This document shows, piece after piece, positions 26,450-41,440 of a stretch of DNA of 64,000 nt. Below the pieces are notes generated by a model, which did not search any database, was not told where the DNA came from, and worked only from the letters and a program-made list of their open reading frames with translations. A program made the position numbers and the translations under genes. The stretch is from Basidiobolus meristosporus CBS 931.73 (lineage: Eukaryota > Fungi > Basidiobolomycota): the NCBI GenBank assembly GCA_002104905.1, contig MCFE01000055.1, positions 62,001-126,000 on the forward strand, given 5' to 3'. Position 1 is the first letter of the stretch; each line of letters opens with the position of its first letter.

Positions 26450-29400
26450 TCATTGCCGGTTGACAAGGACAGTATGGCCGTTGGTATAAGTGATATTTAT
26501 CTCTTTTATCGTTTCACTCTTGGCCTGATTCCGTAGTGCTTGTGCCTCTTCATGTTCCATCTGTTTCTCCTTCTCCTTGATCTGAGAGTCAGGCAAATGT
26601 GATAGCTCAGCATTCTCCTCTACGTTGGGCACAATTTGTTCTTCGTTCAGAGTGTGTGGGCTTCCTTGATTATGAAGTAGTAGATGTGAGTGTGTTTGTT
26701 GTTGAATTGCAGGGTCCACTAAAAAGTCTGGGTGAGATTGCTGTTCGTCTTCGGGACTGGCTGCACTATGAGGATCTTCTATTATCGGCACGGCACTATT
26801 TGCCTGGCCATCTATATGGTTATCAAGTAGCGCGCTAGCCTCATTATTAATCATTGCCCTATATTTTTCCCGTAGAGTTGGATGGGACTCGTCGTTGTCT
26901 GACGAATGAGTTTGTGTCGAATCCGCTCCTTCGTTTCGAGAGTGCGGAGCAATCGATGGCTCACTAAATTTGATAGATCTTTTATCCTGAGCGTGCGCTT
27001 CTGTTTCCTCAACCTCCTTCGCCACCTCGGCTTGCCCTCTTCCTGAAGCATCCTCAGCAATGGTATCAGTACAATCAACAGAATTGCCGCTATTTGCAGT
27101 CAATTTCCTTGCGGGAGCTTGTTGAGTCATTTTTTCCATATTTCGGATGCAAGTACTCAATATATCTCGAGACAGCTCCGCTAGCTCAGGATCATCCGGC
27201 TGATCAAACAACTTATTAGATCAATGCATCCCGTACAGGCGGGAGAGAAGGGACTTACCGCGACGCTAACATCCAGGCAAACGATACTCCAATTCATACG
27301 TAAACTGACCGAAAGGGCAAGAACCCCTGCGATATCGATTTCTGGGTTGGAGGATAGATCGAGATTCTTCAAGCACTTGGTTTCGGGTAGAAACTCAGCC
27401 AACGCAATAGCACCTACAGATCATGCTGATTAAACCAGAGTACTTTCCATGATCTATAATAGCAATATCTTACCTTCAGAGTTGATACGCGTCTCAGATA
27501 GTACCAAGGTTTCAAGGGTGTCGTTGGAAGCTAGAGCAGACCGCACGGCAATGATCTGATTTACACGTTAGTTTCTCCAGCCCAGCGAGTAACAAAAATG
27601 TAGTGTGCATACCCCATCAGTAGACATACCACATGGATTCCGACTTAAATCAAACAACTTGAGATTCTTGTTGAGAGCCTAACAAGGAACTGATTACTAA
27701 GGGCATCATTAGAAGGTCTCGATTCCAATTTACCAAACTGTCCGCCAACTGGGTCATTCCGCGGGTATCGATCCCGTTCTGGGTAAGAATCAGCTCTCTT
27801 AACATCAGGTTCCGCTTCAGACTCTGAGCAACGTATTGAATACCGCCCTAGTAGTGAGAGTGATCAGAGGTTATAATTTACACAGCAATCTTCCAGCCTT
27901 ACATACCTTGATCTCGTTCATGCTTACGTCTAATCGCTCGAGTCCAACCTTCCAACCGAATACTGGCGGAGGGCAAGGGCGTGCCCGCGAGTACATAATA
28001 TCCGGAGCAACATCATCTTCGTAATCTCTCAATAAAACACCAATCCAAAGTGCCCCTACATGATTAATTTGGTTTTTGCGTAGACTAAGGCTACGGATTG
28101 AGGAGCGTCGGAGAGATGGAACTACAAACCGAGTCAGTAAATCTGTTAAGGAAAATACTCGTAGAAATCCAATACCTATGAATTCTAAGATATTGCTCTT
28201 TAAACCACACTCATCTAACTTCAGACTCTGCAACCCATTCTTCTGTCGAGAAGCGAAGTAAGGGCCGATCTGACGTGCGGATTTCTTGTCCAACGGGATT
28301 CCTGATAGGTCCAAGTGCTTGAGGTGTTGCGACTATTTTTTGGGATGAGTTAGCACATGAATCTCACCCTTAGGTTTCCTGAACAACCTTTTTAATGAAT
28401 AAGCCAATGTATCGGAGTCCACCATGCTTAATCTTTCTGTTGCGAGCTAGACTGAGCTCGGATATCTGACATGTGAAGATTAGGCTATGTATCAGGGTTT
28501 TCAAAAGCTACAAGTGGATATGAAGCTTAGTAGAGATCAATAGACAAGGCCAGAATAGCCCTTACATCATCGTCGAGGCCACAGTTCTCAAGTGTCAACT
28601 TCGTGAGGCCAAATGGTAGGTCGAGGGAATCCGTGAAGGTAAGCATGGATTCACGGGTAAAAGGGGCACTTTGAAGCTCGATGTGGGTTAGAGTATGCTT
28701 ACGTTGCTCAGCACGCTGTAGATTTAACAAGTTACGGAAAAGAACTAGGTTTAATGTAGAATATGAGACTACCTTGAATGTAGAAACAAGCTGCCCTATC
28801 ACCGGTACTTCTCGGGTGCGGCAGGTCGCCTCGTAATGCTCCAGTACCTGACCTGGGGTGTATTTTTCTTCCGTGCGAGGCTTCTGCTCTTCAACGTCTT
28901 TGATTACTTCAGATTCTTCGCTCACCGTATCTGGAGTGGCTGACCACTCAATGGGCGAAGGAGGAACCTCCAAGTGCAAGTCCGTACAAAACCGAACTTT
29001 CTTGACTTCTTTCTCCACCGGCGCTGATATATCCTCATCCTCGTCATCCAATAAGACGGATGGTTCGTTGTGGTGTGCATTACCTTTGTATTTTAGTAAG
29101 GTGTTTCGCATGAAATTCGAAGCGTTAACCTTTGTGTTCGTATAGGTTGCTGCTTTCGGTCCTCCGAAGATCCACTCTCGGATCCGGGATTTCGAAGAGT
29201 GGTTTGATAGACCTTGATATGCGGAGGTTGTCTTCAGAATAGATTTGTGAGGCTTGGTTGTGGAGGGTGGCGGGACTTTTTTCTGTATACGGATATCTAG
29301 CAGTTCAAATTAAAAGAATGGGTCAGCTTAGCAAAGGTGTGCAAGTGACAATATGGAAAGAGTTGAAAGGAGTGCCAGTACCATCGTCAGTTTCTACATA

Positions 29401-29703
29401 TAAATCTGAGGTATCTTCATCCTCAGAAGGAGCATCTTTAACCTCAGGTTCTTCTTCGGGGACTGGCTCATGACTATCCAGTAACCAAGCTAAAGCTCTG
29501 TCCAGATTACCTCCTCCACTCTCAAAGATGGCTGTTTCAGCCATTGGAGGTGAAAACCCCATGGATATGAGTTGAGCAAGTATGTCACTGGGATGTTGCA
29601 TTGAGTGTCCAAAGGTATCTCGTTTCACCAGAGGTGGGGGTTGAGGATGTGAGCTATTTGTTTCATCAACGCCGGGTGTTTGGTCTTCAGACTGTTCAGC
29701 CAT
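26450..29703 (-). CDS. UBA + RNI-like LRR protein with PP1-docking motifs (PPP1R37/Gip3/Mhp1-like)
   Basis: N-terminal LAQLISMGFSPPMAETAIFESGGGNLDRALAWLL is a UBA signature. KSILK (29232-29243) and KKVRF (28989-29000) are PP1 motifs. LEHYEATCRTRE precedes ~8-10 RNI-like repeats (LTKLTLENCGL, LQSLKLDECGL, LERLDVSMNEI, LKNLDLSSNPEI), and the C-terminus is acidic. Confidence 0.8.
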
Positions 29704-31169
29704 ATTGTTTAGTAATTTAAATTTGGGGAATTTAAAGGAAAAGTGCTTGGTTCGTTTTCAAGTCTTCTGAACCTCTTTTGCTACTTTTGACGATGGGGAA
29801 AAGAACTGTTGCTGCTGTGGCCGATTCTTCTACCAGGGGATATAAGAAGTAATTAGTTTATTAAAGCACCTAGACAACCCTTTACGCTCCAGGTGAAACC
29901 AATGCAAAAGGGTGAAGTAGATTATTACGGTAGAATAGAGTAGCTTTTGTTGGTTTAAGTGCGCACTAAATCGGAGTCTCCTAATCACAGGTGATATATG
30001 TTGTCAAGCTGATTGAAAATACCGGAGATTGGGAAAATGGACTACTGGATTGGGCTGGATTCTATTTATAATCATTTTACGATAAATCATTTGATACCAA
30101 CCGTTTCCTTGAATTTTACGATGGAATCAATCCATGTCACATGTCTGTACCATGAATCTAAACACCCATAGCTCCAAGTGGAGGTGAGATGCAAGCATAT
30201 CTAATCGAGATCCTGTACATGAAGTTGAGACCAAATGAGTAGTGATTAGATCCTTCCCCCTTTGCAAACCGTTAGAACCTTTGAACATATGCTCCCTTGC
30301 TGGTGGAATTCTTGAACTAACTATTGTTTAGGAGGAGAGAAGTAATCGAGAACGAAGTAATAAGAGCCGAGTTTCCGTTGTGATAGCAAAAACTGGACCC
30401 TACAAAAAAGATCATATAGCGATATTTACATATGAGAATATCGCGTTTTCAAATCATTGTATGAGGCAGGTAATCATTATAGGATATTTGGTGCAATACC
30501 AAATTTCCAAGGAGTATGGTTCTATCAAGTATACTTGATTGTGACCAGGATTCGTATAGGTTGGTCACTCGTATCTTGTGTTCCACATACACAACGATCC
30601 ATACCAGAATACTAGACAAATCACCCATTTAAGCAATTCGATTCCTCTCAAAATTTTCGAGCTTAAATAGGCCAAATATGAATGTATACTAGCCCAGGAA
30701 GGGCCCTTGTACGCCCTTTGAAAATATGAACACCGCTTGTCGGTTCTTATCTTTGTATATGTACATCAATTCTTCCGGTCTATCAATGTTAACGAAACTG
30801 CCCATTCCTTTCCGTTTCATGTGTAGAGCATACCAGGGGTGTACCAAGCTTGCCCAAGGAGTGGCTGTTCTTAAAAATCAATTTCGGGAAGACGTAACTG
30901 GGATTAGGCTTTCAAGAAGTCGCAGGGGTTAGCTACGTATCCAAACTGCGAATTCTAGCATATATGCCGAACCCCCTTTGGTGTTAAGTCCACATTCAAT
31001 TAGTTTGGACGGTGCTTGACTAAGCTTCAGCGTCCCGCTATGGTCGACCTGTTTGACCGACTCTAGGTTTCCGTAGAGAACGTGGTAGTCTTTCAATAAG
31101 GTGAAATCCTATAGAAAAATGGGATGGTTAATCTAACAATCGACAAAGAATATAGGTGAGAATAAATTG

Positions 31170-31663
31170 TACCTGCGAAACCAATTCGAGCTCCTTGAAG
31201 AGCGGGAGCAACTCGACTTACCTGTGTGTTCTTGAGGTGTAACGCTCTGCAAAGAAATTAAAATTTTTGATCATGATCCCTCAAATATTATATATTAGGA
31301 GAATACCTAGCGTATGAGAGGGCTCCATCAAGATACCGGCAGTAATTGTTGGCAATATGGATCCATCGGAATGTTGTGGGTAATCGTTATTTGCAATGTA
31401 AAATTATATGTTAGGCGAAACCCCTAAGCCTGAAGTATGATAGTTTTCTTTTTGGCGAGGACAACTGTGGTTACTCTTGGGTAGATATTCGGGGCTTGGT
31501 TGATAACCAGTGTTTTGTCAAAGCAGATGATCTGATTTCTGTTCAGGTAATTGGCGTGTTGTGAAGGGTAGTTAGAATACACAGAACTAGGCTGCTCAGA
31601 AGAACCAATTGGATTGTTATTGAGAAAGATATGAATTAGATTTGTTGGCCTTAGACCAGTCAA
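31170..31663 (-). pseudogene. Degenerate leucine-rich-repeat gene relic
   Basis: Successive LRR-like units NLIHIFLNNNPI, NYLNRNQI, FRWIHIANNY and ALHLKNTQV lie in broken frames that I could not join with clean GT-AG introns. Confidence 0.45.
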
Positions 31664-32128
31664 ACCCTAGTTAGTCTTGTGGAGCTCGCTATTCCACACC
31701 TTTCCATGTAAACGGACAGGTGGATATTTGAGATATGAAAGCAGTTAATCGGATTATCCGGTTATCTTGACCAGGTTAAAGCATTACGAAGGTATGAAGT
31801 ATTAATCCATCTAAATGACATTATCACCGATAAGCCCGTTCCTGAAATAGCTCAGATTCGTTCATAATACATAGCCCATAGCCCATCACCTTAATTGGAT
31901 CGATTATACGTAAATACAAGTCTACTAAACAAAATAAATACTCCCAAAATAGATACAGACGGTTAGAGCACAGATCATCTTGACGTCAAATCAACCTTTT
32001 CACACATGGCATCCGTACCTGGTGCCGTCTTGAAACGGCTCAACGACAAAAACCCAACGTATAAAAGCCTGCCGAGTCGGCGGCTAAATGATTAAATTAC
32101 TACGCTTTTTCTACAAAACACTTCCAAA

Positions 32129-33331
32129 ATGGTTCACGAAGAGATTCCGATTTCCGATAGAAAACTGACAATCGTCCTAAAGCTTGGTACCTCCTCGATA
32201 TGCGACGAAATCACTCATTTCCCACTTCTGGCAAATCTCTCCCATATCGTCGAGACCATTGTAAAATTAAAGAATATGGGACATCGGGTCGTATTGACCA
32301 CTAGCGGGGCTGTGGGTGTTGGGATGCGAGCACTTGACATGGATTCAAAGCCCGATGAGCTAGCGAAGAAGCAAGCATTAGCTGCTACTGGACAAGGCAA
32401 GCTCATGAGCTTGTACGAATCCCTTTTCGAGCAATTCAAACTTCCTACAGCTCAAATTCTATTGACGAAAGGTGATCTTGCTGATCATACCCGATATAAG
32501 AATGCTAGAAACGCCATAGAGGAGCTCTTCATTTCTGGTGTTGTTCCGATCGTGAATGAAAATGACACTATTAGTGTGAACGAGATTCGCTTCGGTGACA
32601 ATGACACCTTGAGTGCAATCACCGCTGGTATAGTTCAAGCCAACTATCTTTTCCTATTGACGGATGTCGATTGTTTATACACCGACAACCCCCGTAGCAA
32701 CCCAGAGGCCAGGGTGGTTTCTAAGGTTACTGATATTGGGGAATTGAAGGCAACAATCAATGTTACATCTCCAGGGAGTGCAGTAGGAACTGGGGGAATG
32801 GTTACCAAGTTGATTGCCGCGGAGCTAGCCACAGCCGCCGGCGTCAACACCATTATTACCCGCGGCTCTGAGCCAGAGCGTGTATTCGACATCATTCGCT
32901 ATTACGAAGGAGGAGAGATATCTCAGGGCTCGGTTCCGCTGCATACTTGCTTCGTTGCCCACACCACTCCCATGTTGGACCGAAAATGGTGGATCTTGCA
33001 TGGTATCAATACAGTGGGCACAATTGTTGTCGATGACCAGGTGGAGGAAACTTTGGCTCAAAGCACGGCAGATAACCCATGTCCCATCTGCAGCGATCAA
33101 ATAGTACGTATCGAGGGTGATTTTCAACCTAACCAAGGTGTGGTCGTTGCAGTAGAGAAACCCATGAACGCTAACGGAGAACTTGGCACAGTTGTCATCG
33201 CCAAAGGTTTAGTGAACTACTCAAGTAAGGAGTTGAATCGTATCAAAAGAGTCACAGATGTTACACCGGTTCTTGGGTATGGTGATTCCAATCGTGCTAT
33301 AGAATATGAAAATCTAGTTCCACTTGTATAA
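32129..33331 (+). CDS. PRO1: Glutamate 5-kinase with C-terminal PUA-like domain
   Basis: Intronless 400 aa ORF with IVLKLGTSS, TSGAVGVG, ATGQG.L, PIVNENDT, FGDNDTLSA, LLTDVDCLY.DNP and GTGGM.TKL.AA. Confidence 0.96.
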   Translation: MVHEEIPISDRKLTIVLKLGTSSICDEITHFPLLANLSHIVETIVKLKNMGHRVVLTTSGAVGVGMRALDMDSKPDELAKKQALAATGQGKLMSLYESLFEQFKLPTAQILLTKGDLADHTRYKNARNAIEELFISGVVPIVNENDTISVNEIRFGDNDTLSAITAGIVQANYLFLLTDVDCLYTDNPRSNPEARVVSKVTDIGELKATINVTSPGSAVGTGGMVTKLIAAELATAAGVNTIITRGSEPERVFDIIRYYEGGEISQGSVPLHTCFVAHTTPMLDRKWWILHGINTVGTIVVDDQVEETLAQSTADNPCPICSDQIVRIEGDFQPNQGVVVAVEKPMNANGELGTVVIAKGLVNYSSKELNRIKRVTDVTPVLGYGDSNRAIEYENLVPLV

Positions 33332-34338
33332 ATATCACCTCAATCATATGAACATAATAAATGTGGTCTCTTTTAAATGATATTAAAGTTGCGCACTAAG
33401 CCACCTTTCTGGCCTGTGCCCTTTGGTTTTCCAGAGAACTTTTTCCACATGTTTGTTGTCATACTTGAGGTGTCTCGTATTCACATGATCCCTTACTAGC
33501 AATCCATTCAGTATTGTTTCTTGTGGGCATTCAAGGTTTTCAGCTTGTGTTTTTTTATAGCGTTGCCTAGCTCTTACCTCGGGGAATGTAACAGTGGTAA
33601 CATCTCGCCCATTCATCACGATTCAACTAGTATCCAGTCCAAGATGATTTTTGTTCTGACCCATTGCTCTGTTATTCATGAGCAGTGTAGTACGTACCCC
33701 ATGATTCATAGCAACTCCGCCGATGTTACAAGTGATTTCTGAAGTTCGAGCCAAGTTACTGATATCTATACTATCCATAAATATATGTGTTCAGTAAAGC
33801 ATCCAGTAACGCTTTAGGTTGTCTTGAATGAACCCATAGATAGGTTGTCAGCACTGGAATATGCAAATTATAAGGTAAAGGTATTTCAGATTTCAGCCAA
33901 TGTTTTGGACTAATGGCTACTCTTCTAGAAAACTCGAGATACACAAATGGCAGATCAGTCTGAATCTTGAGAAATCATGGACGGTGTATATCATCGTCAG
34001 AATAGTAAGCATGCATAGACACAAGAAAATCAGAGAATCGTATGAGAGTTAACTTTCCAAAAGAAATACTAGTTACACTTACCATATTTACACTGTAAAG
34101 GTGGAAATGAGTGTTGATTAACATTTGAATACCATCCCAAGATTTATATCGAATTGATCCAGAAGACCTTACTTGATCAGAGTAGACATCCAAACAATAA
34201 AAGAATGTTACACCGCCGTTTTCAAGGAAATGTTGGTTTATATAAGTAATTTTATGGCCACTGGAAGATTGGGATGTGTAGTGTTTTCAAAGCGATGAGT
34301 TAAGAGTCTGACGTAGAGTATATCAAGAGCGGTAGAAT

Positions 34339-35986
<1,648 letters not shown>

Positions 35987-37408
35987 TAGGGAGTTACGGA
36001 CGTGACTTGGAGTTTAGGCACCTTAAAGGGCAAATATCAAACTTCTCAACTATGGGGCCTGGAAGTATTCATATTACGAACTGCTTCTTACTATTCAAGG
36101 AAATTGGTTTGTCCATTTTTGGTTGCATCCTTGAGGAAATTTACATATTTGATAAGCGATCAATTCAATAGTGGCAAATTGAATTAATTAAATGCCACTT
36201 GATATTGGTTAAATTTTTAAACTTGGAGTGATAATTTAAATCAAAGACCTGGACCCAAGAGACTTGTCTACAGATGAGAATTGACAGCAAGGTTCGAAAA
36301 GATCGCCAAATATTGTAAAAACCTCAACCCCAACATATATGAATATAGAAGGCCAAGCGTTTTTACTCTACTTATCAGTAATTTCACCATGTTCAGTGTT
36401 ATGGCAATTGTTTCTTACGTGAAAAGTGTAACGCTAACGGATATTACACCTTCTGCATTGAGAGCTACCAACCTCTTCAACTTCACGCGTGAGATGACTA
36501 GCATTATTATTGGTGACTAAAACCAAGCCATTTTCCAATTGGTGAAGAGTATACAATTTGCAAATGAATCAGATGTGCCTGCGTTAACTATGCTTACCAG
36601 CCGAGCGATACAAGTACTCTAATAACCAAATCTTAGTGATATGATATAATTCAAAATTGTCAATAACGTGGTTAACAAATATTTTAATCTTGTAAACGCG
36701 ATTGCTCCTATGATATCAGTAACATCTGTACCTCTACATCTGGTATCATATAGTTAAGGTAATCACGATGATCCCAGACTTGGCATGACTGTTACTCAGT
36801 ACAGAAATATCAGTACCACGTAAATACCATTAATACCATGATTGCCTACAATATATATTGAAACACAATAACGCGTTTGGTAACAAGAAATTATGCGTTA
36901 GGCATACATTTAACTCTGAAATTACCATTGGCATCTTTGATATATTATCGTAATTTCCTCAACGCATACCATTATATTCTACGAAACATCAAGTGACACT
37001 TGGGACAGACGCCTCTCCACTTTGTGTCCCAAAATCTCGTCTAATTCGCTAATAGATCGTTCTGTATAACAATGAACAAGAATAGGCAGGCATGGGGTGA
37101 CGTTAGTGAACCAACAAATCAGTATTGCACTAACCATATATACACTCTTGGGAAGAAATATGTAACAAAGGCCATCGTTAACTGCGGGATTCTTCATAAC
37201 CAGTAAATAGATAGGGACATACACTTTTGGTTCATGGCCTCCATGATGATTATCCATGAAATGACCACAAGGACCCGGAGTTAGGTTAGCCAAATTTAGA
37301 AGAGAGACTCATGACCTAAAGCCAATCGTTGATGCCAAGCTGTAAACTTTATTTTGTCAAGGCCTAGACGTCATTCGTTCCAGACTACAAGATTTTATCT
37401 ATGACGTC

Positions 37409-37705
37409 CTAAAAGGATCGAATATCTGATACCACAGCACTATCAGATTTACAAGATGTCAAATTGATTACGGTTTTTTGTGTGCAAAGTCCCACAACGC
37501 AAACCAGATGACAAACACCAAGAAAAACATCACACATCCTGGACTCAGCATTTGAATAATACGTGATGAAATAAGAAAATCCGGCACTTGAATTTTTTAT
37601 AAGATTAAAGCAATGCAGGCAAGGCAATACTTTTATCTTATAGCATTGTTCATCCAAATGAATATCATTAATTCGAATTTTCTGTTCGATATAGAGGGAT
37701 TTCAT
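37409..37705 (-). pseudogene. Possible RING-H2 finger relic
   Basis: HLDEQCYKIKVLPCLHCF resembles the CLDEY...KIRVLPCxHxF core of RING-H2 E3 ligases, but the flanking Cys/Trp ligands are missing. Confidence 0.3.
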
Positions 37706-39008
37706 TGGTAATCATGGGCGTCGTATTATGCCCACGCCTCAGATTCCTCCAAGGATAAAGCAGACATGTTAGCAAAGGGTCTTTCCTAGTATATACAAAT
37801 CTTCTATACTCATCACATTGATTTCCTTATGAGTAAGCGCTAGAGATGGGAAGTTATTTTCTGAGGGAGCGACGTGTACCAAATTGATGTCGAAATCCTC
37901 CAACCCTAATTTTAATCTAGTAACTAATAGCTAACCATGGAAATCAGACGATCTTCTAATAGAACATCCAATATATGTTGTTGCCCGTCACCTGGAATGC
38001 CAAAATAATCTGGGTATCCTTTTTGCGCAGAAGTGATTATCGATGTATAGTTTTTCTGTATATTTTTGACTCTGATTTCAAAGCTATACTGCTACTTTTC
38101 TGTTTTGACTTCGAATGATGGTGTTAGATTTTCTCGCTACAAGGTTTGTATAATACAAAAAATCGGATAAACCCATAAGTACCTCATTTTCTAAAAAAAC
38201 TGGATGTTTCCAAGATATTATCTGGTTTCATAAATACCGAGGATGGTGAGTATCTGGATGATCCAATGATCGATTATCACCCTTCCTCAGCTCTTGATAA
38301 ACCCGGCTATTATCGAATTCTGATTGCCCGGCTTCATAATTGGACGCCTCTTTATTGATGGCCTCGACTCACGATTGAGGTTTGACGTACCAAAACGTGG
38401 TTTTTGTAGAATATATTTTTTCACTCGTGTAGGCGTGGCTTTGAAGTTGGGCATCATGTACATGGAGTTCACCTAGAGTCTTGTATATTTTGATGTGAAG
38501 AGGATAAATATAAACTCCCTGTTATACTACATAGAGCAGTATCATATTCCTGTAGATATAAGAAACACTATTTGTCACGAGGGCAATCGGGATAAGCACA
38601 CGCAACCATACCTACACGAGGCTGGTAGAACTTCGGAATGATTACAACTAGACGGTATTTCCATCATCAGATTATAATAAATATATACGATTCCTATTTC
38701 AGTCGCGTTGTGTTTCTTGAAAAGTCAAGTGGAATCAGTGCATCCTATTAGGAAGATTCTGGTGATTTTAATGGTACAACTATAGACGAGTGTCTTGATC
38801 AATAAGAGTACCCTATTTGATTTTGTAAAATTGAGAACTCGGTATTAAATTTATCAGCGTTTCTTCAACGCTTAGTCTGCCGTCAAACCTCTCCAATAAT
38901 TTGTAACAAGCAAACACTAGTTTTCACTTAAATAGAACACTGATTTCCTGGATTTGATTGAATCATTTCCTGAGTTGAGGCTATTTACTTTTCTCACATT
39001 TCTCACAC

Positions 39009-40382
39009 ATGAAGCTCAATATTTATTCTACTACTTTGCCATCCGATAGCACTAGTTTTATTCCACAACCTATATATTCACCAAATACACCCACACTTCA
39101 CAAACAAGAGAGCAGGCACGCTATGAATGTAAAAGATCCTGCTGAAGTAAAGAGAACAGTTATGCTTGACCACCTAAGCTCAGACGGATCCGAAGAATGG
39201 TCCGCTAATTGTGATAAAAAGTCTAAATTTGCACCTCCTTCTAAGAAACCTTGTCGACGTCAAAAATCCGCTACTCCAGGATCTGAGACATCTGAGGGAC
39301 TACGGTGCTCAAATTGTCAAACTACCACTACTCCTCTCTGGCGTCGCAATCCCCAAGATGGAGAGCCGTTGTGCAATGCATGTGGCTTATTCCTGAAACT
39401 GCACGGCATCGTTCGTCCTCTCAGCTTGAAAAGTAATGTGATTAAGAAAAGAAACAGGAACCCCATTGGAACAATGGCAAAGTTTGGTCGTCATACTGGT
39501 TTGGTATTTGGTACAGTTGCTAGTAACCGAGGCGCTGGTTGTGAAGGTGTTTTATTGTTTGAGCCATTCGATAAATCAGCGGAAGCAAATCCCAAAATGT
39601 TACGGAAACTCCCAAATAGCTTGGCTGGCTCTGATATGTTGTCTGCGAACCCGACAGTACCGTCCTCGCCATTGAAGTTCATATCCCATTCAACTGTCAA
39701 ATATCCCAGCTCGAAGATTGAGAAGAATTCAAGTTTGGCGGACAAAAGGAGTCGCGAATCATCGGATTCATCTTCAGAGTTCTACCAAGAAAACTTAGAA
39801 AGTCTGCCGCTATCTCAAAGTATGCATTCAAGCCCATACGGGAGTGCATCAGCTCAAAATTCGGAACCGTATAGTACCTCGTATACAATCCCAACGAACC
39901 ACATGACAGATGTGATTGGCTCTACTTCCAACTCCAAACCTGGATATCCAAGTACCTCCCAAAGCCTGGTGGATCCGTTTAGCTGGCTATCCAACCCAGC
40001 TGATCATGTTACAAGTATGTCTTTACCCAACGATCACCACCTTGCTCACTGCGAATCAGAACCATTGCCAAGCTACTCTTGTACAAATATTCCTATGACA
40101 TATTCACCTGTCGCGTTTAATACTCTACTTCCCATGGTGCCCATGAATCAAGTGGACTCACAGCCAAGTATTCAAACCAGTATCCGGGATTTTGAACTCG
40201 ATCACAGCAACCAAGGCAGCCCAGAGAGTTTTTCCTCGCCAGAATTTCCAGGGCCCAACCCGCCAGCCAACTATATGTATTCGCTAAATCAAACTTGGCA
40301 GTCTTGGAATATTGACAGAAATCAACTTCCATCTTTTCCGGTTGAGTCTACCTCGGCACCCGAATACCCGTCTACCTCATAG
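39009..40382 (+). CDS. GATA zinc-finger transcription factor with AreA-type finger (intronless, no recognisable AreA N-terminal motif)
   Basis: [51 protein letters not shown] at 39306 onward; the remainder is S/P-rich. Confidence 0.9.
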   Translation: MKLNIYSTTLPSDSTSFIPQPIYSPNTPTLHKQESRHAMNVKDPAEVKRTVMLDHLSSDGSEEWSANCDKKSKFAPPSKKPCRRQKSATPGSETSEGLRCSNCQTTTTPLWRRNPQDGEPLCNACGLFLKLHGIVRPLSLKSNVIKKRNRNPIGTMAKFGRHTGLVFGTVASNRGAGCEGVLLFEPFDKSAEANPKMLRKLPNSLAGSDMLSANPTVPSSPLKFISHSTVKYPSSKIEKNSSLADKRSRESSDSSSEFYQENLESLPLSQSMHSSPYGSASAQNSEPYSTSYTIPTNHMTDVIGSTSNSKPGYPSTSQSLVDPFSWLSNPADHVTSMSLPNDHHLAHCESEPLPSYSCTNIPMTYSPVAFNTLLPMVPMNQVDSQPSIQTSIRDFELDHSNQGSPESFSSPEFPGPNPPANYMYSLNQTWQSWNIDRNQLPSFPVESTSAPEYPSTS

Positions 40383-41440
40383 ATATCTCTGTATACTCCG
40401 CCTTTCTCATACTACTCAATGGACATAATTTAGATTTTTTTGCACATACTTAATATAGAATGAAGCACCTTTTGGCTTCACCTCTTTTCACTCCAATTTG
40501 ACCTTGAAAGTTATCTGATGTTGTTAGTAATGAAATCCGGGCAGATGTATTTTTACTCGTCATTTCCTTTGTGCTCAAAGGTTCATGAATAACTTTATTC
40601 TGGAAGGCCTGTTTACAAATGATATTGGCGAAGGGCGTGATATCGTCATTTTAGTGCTTCATGCATATATCTAGCACCGGCATGATAGGCAAACAAAAAT
40701 GGGGTAGCAGTCGGAATACATATACTTAGAACGGGGCATGCTTCATTAGAAACTTGAGGAACAATTATCAACCTTTTTCAATGGAATGTAAAGTAAGATA
40801 TTTGAAAGATGAGCCAATTTGGAGATATTTGTGGCTTGTCTCAACGTGGAACCCACTTTTTAGTACTCTATTGATTGTTCGACGTTAAGCTATTTTACTT
40901 TATACAGTACATAAATGACAACGTTTTCCCGATTATCCCAAGTCAAAGCACCATGTTATCTGGCTCCACTCAACTCAACCCTAAGCACAATCACGTCTGA
41001 TTTTGGGTTCACCAATCATACTTGCTTGTTGACAATGCGTCAACCTCGGAGTTGAAATTTACCAAGGATTTCCGACACCCAATTTGGCTCTTGTTTCCGA
41101 AAATATACGATGTGGTGCACCGCGACTAAAGTTCTCTACCAATGGTCACCAGCAGATCAAACTGATCCTGGAGGTCTTGATTTGCCAGAATACTTTACCT
41201 AATCCAATAAATATTTTGGAATTCAAAAAAGAATTTCCAGGATCATGCAGAAAATTGTAGTTATCAGGAGTGGAGTTCAAGTGATAATCATGGCTAACTC
41301 CCTTTCCATATTCCGTATGCACAACTACGGAACGGACAGATGCCTTCAATAGAATCAGGGGTATAGCACACCCGTAAATCTTAGAATAGCTATTGAAATG
41401 GAGAAAGTGAACGGTACATTTCTAAAGTTAGGTGATATGA

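Noticed and set aside
31981-31988. TGACGTCA CRE/Gcn4-like site upstream of PRO1
   Set aside because: Plausible, but a single 8-mer is expected by chance about once in a window this size.
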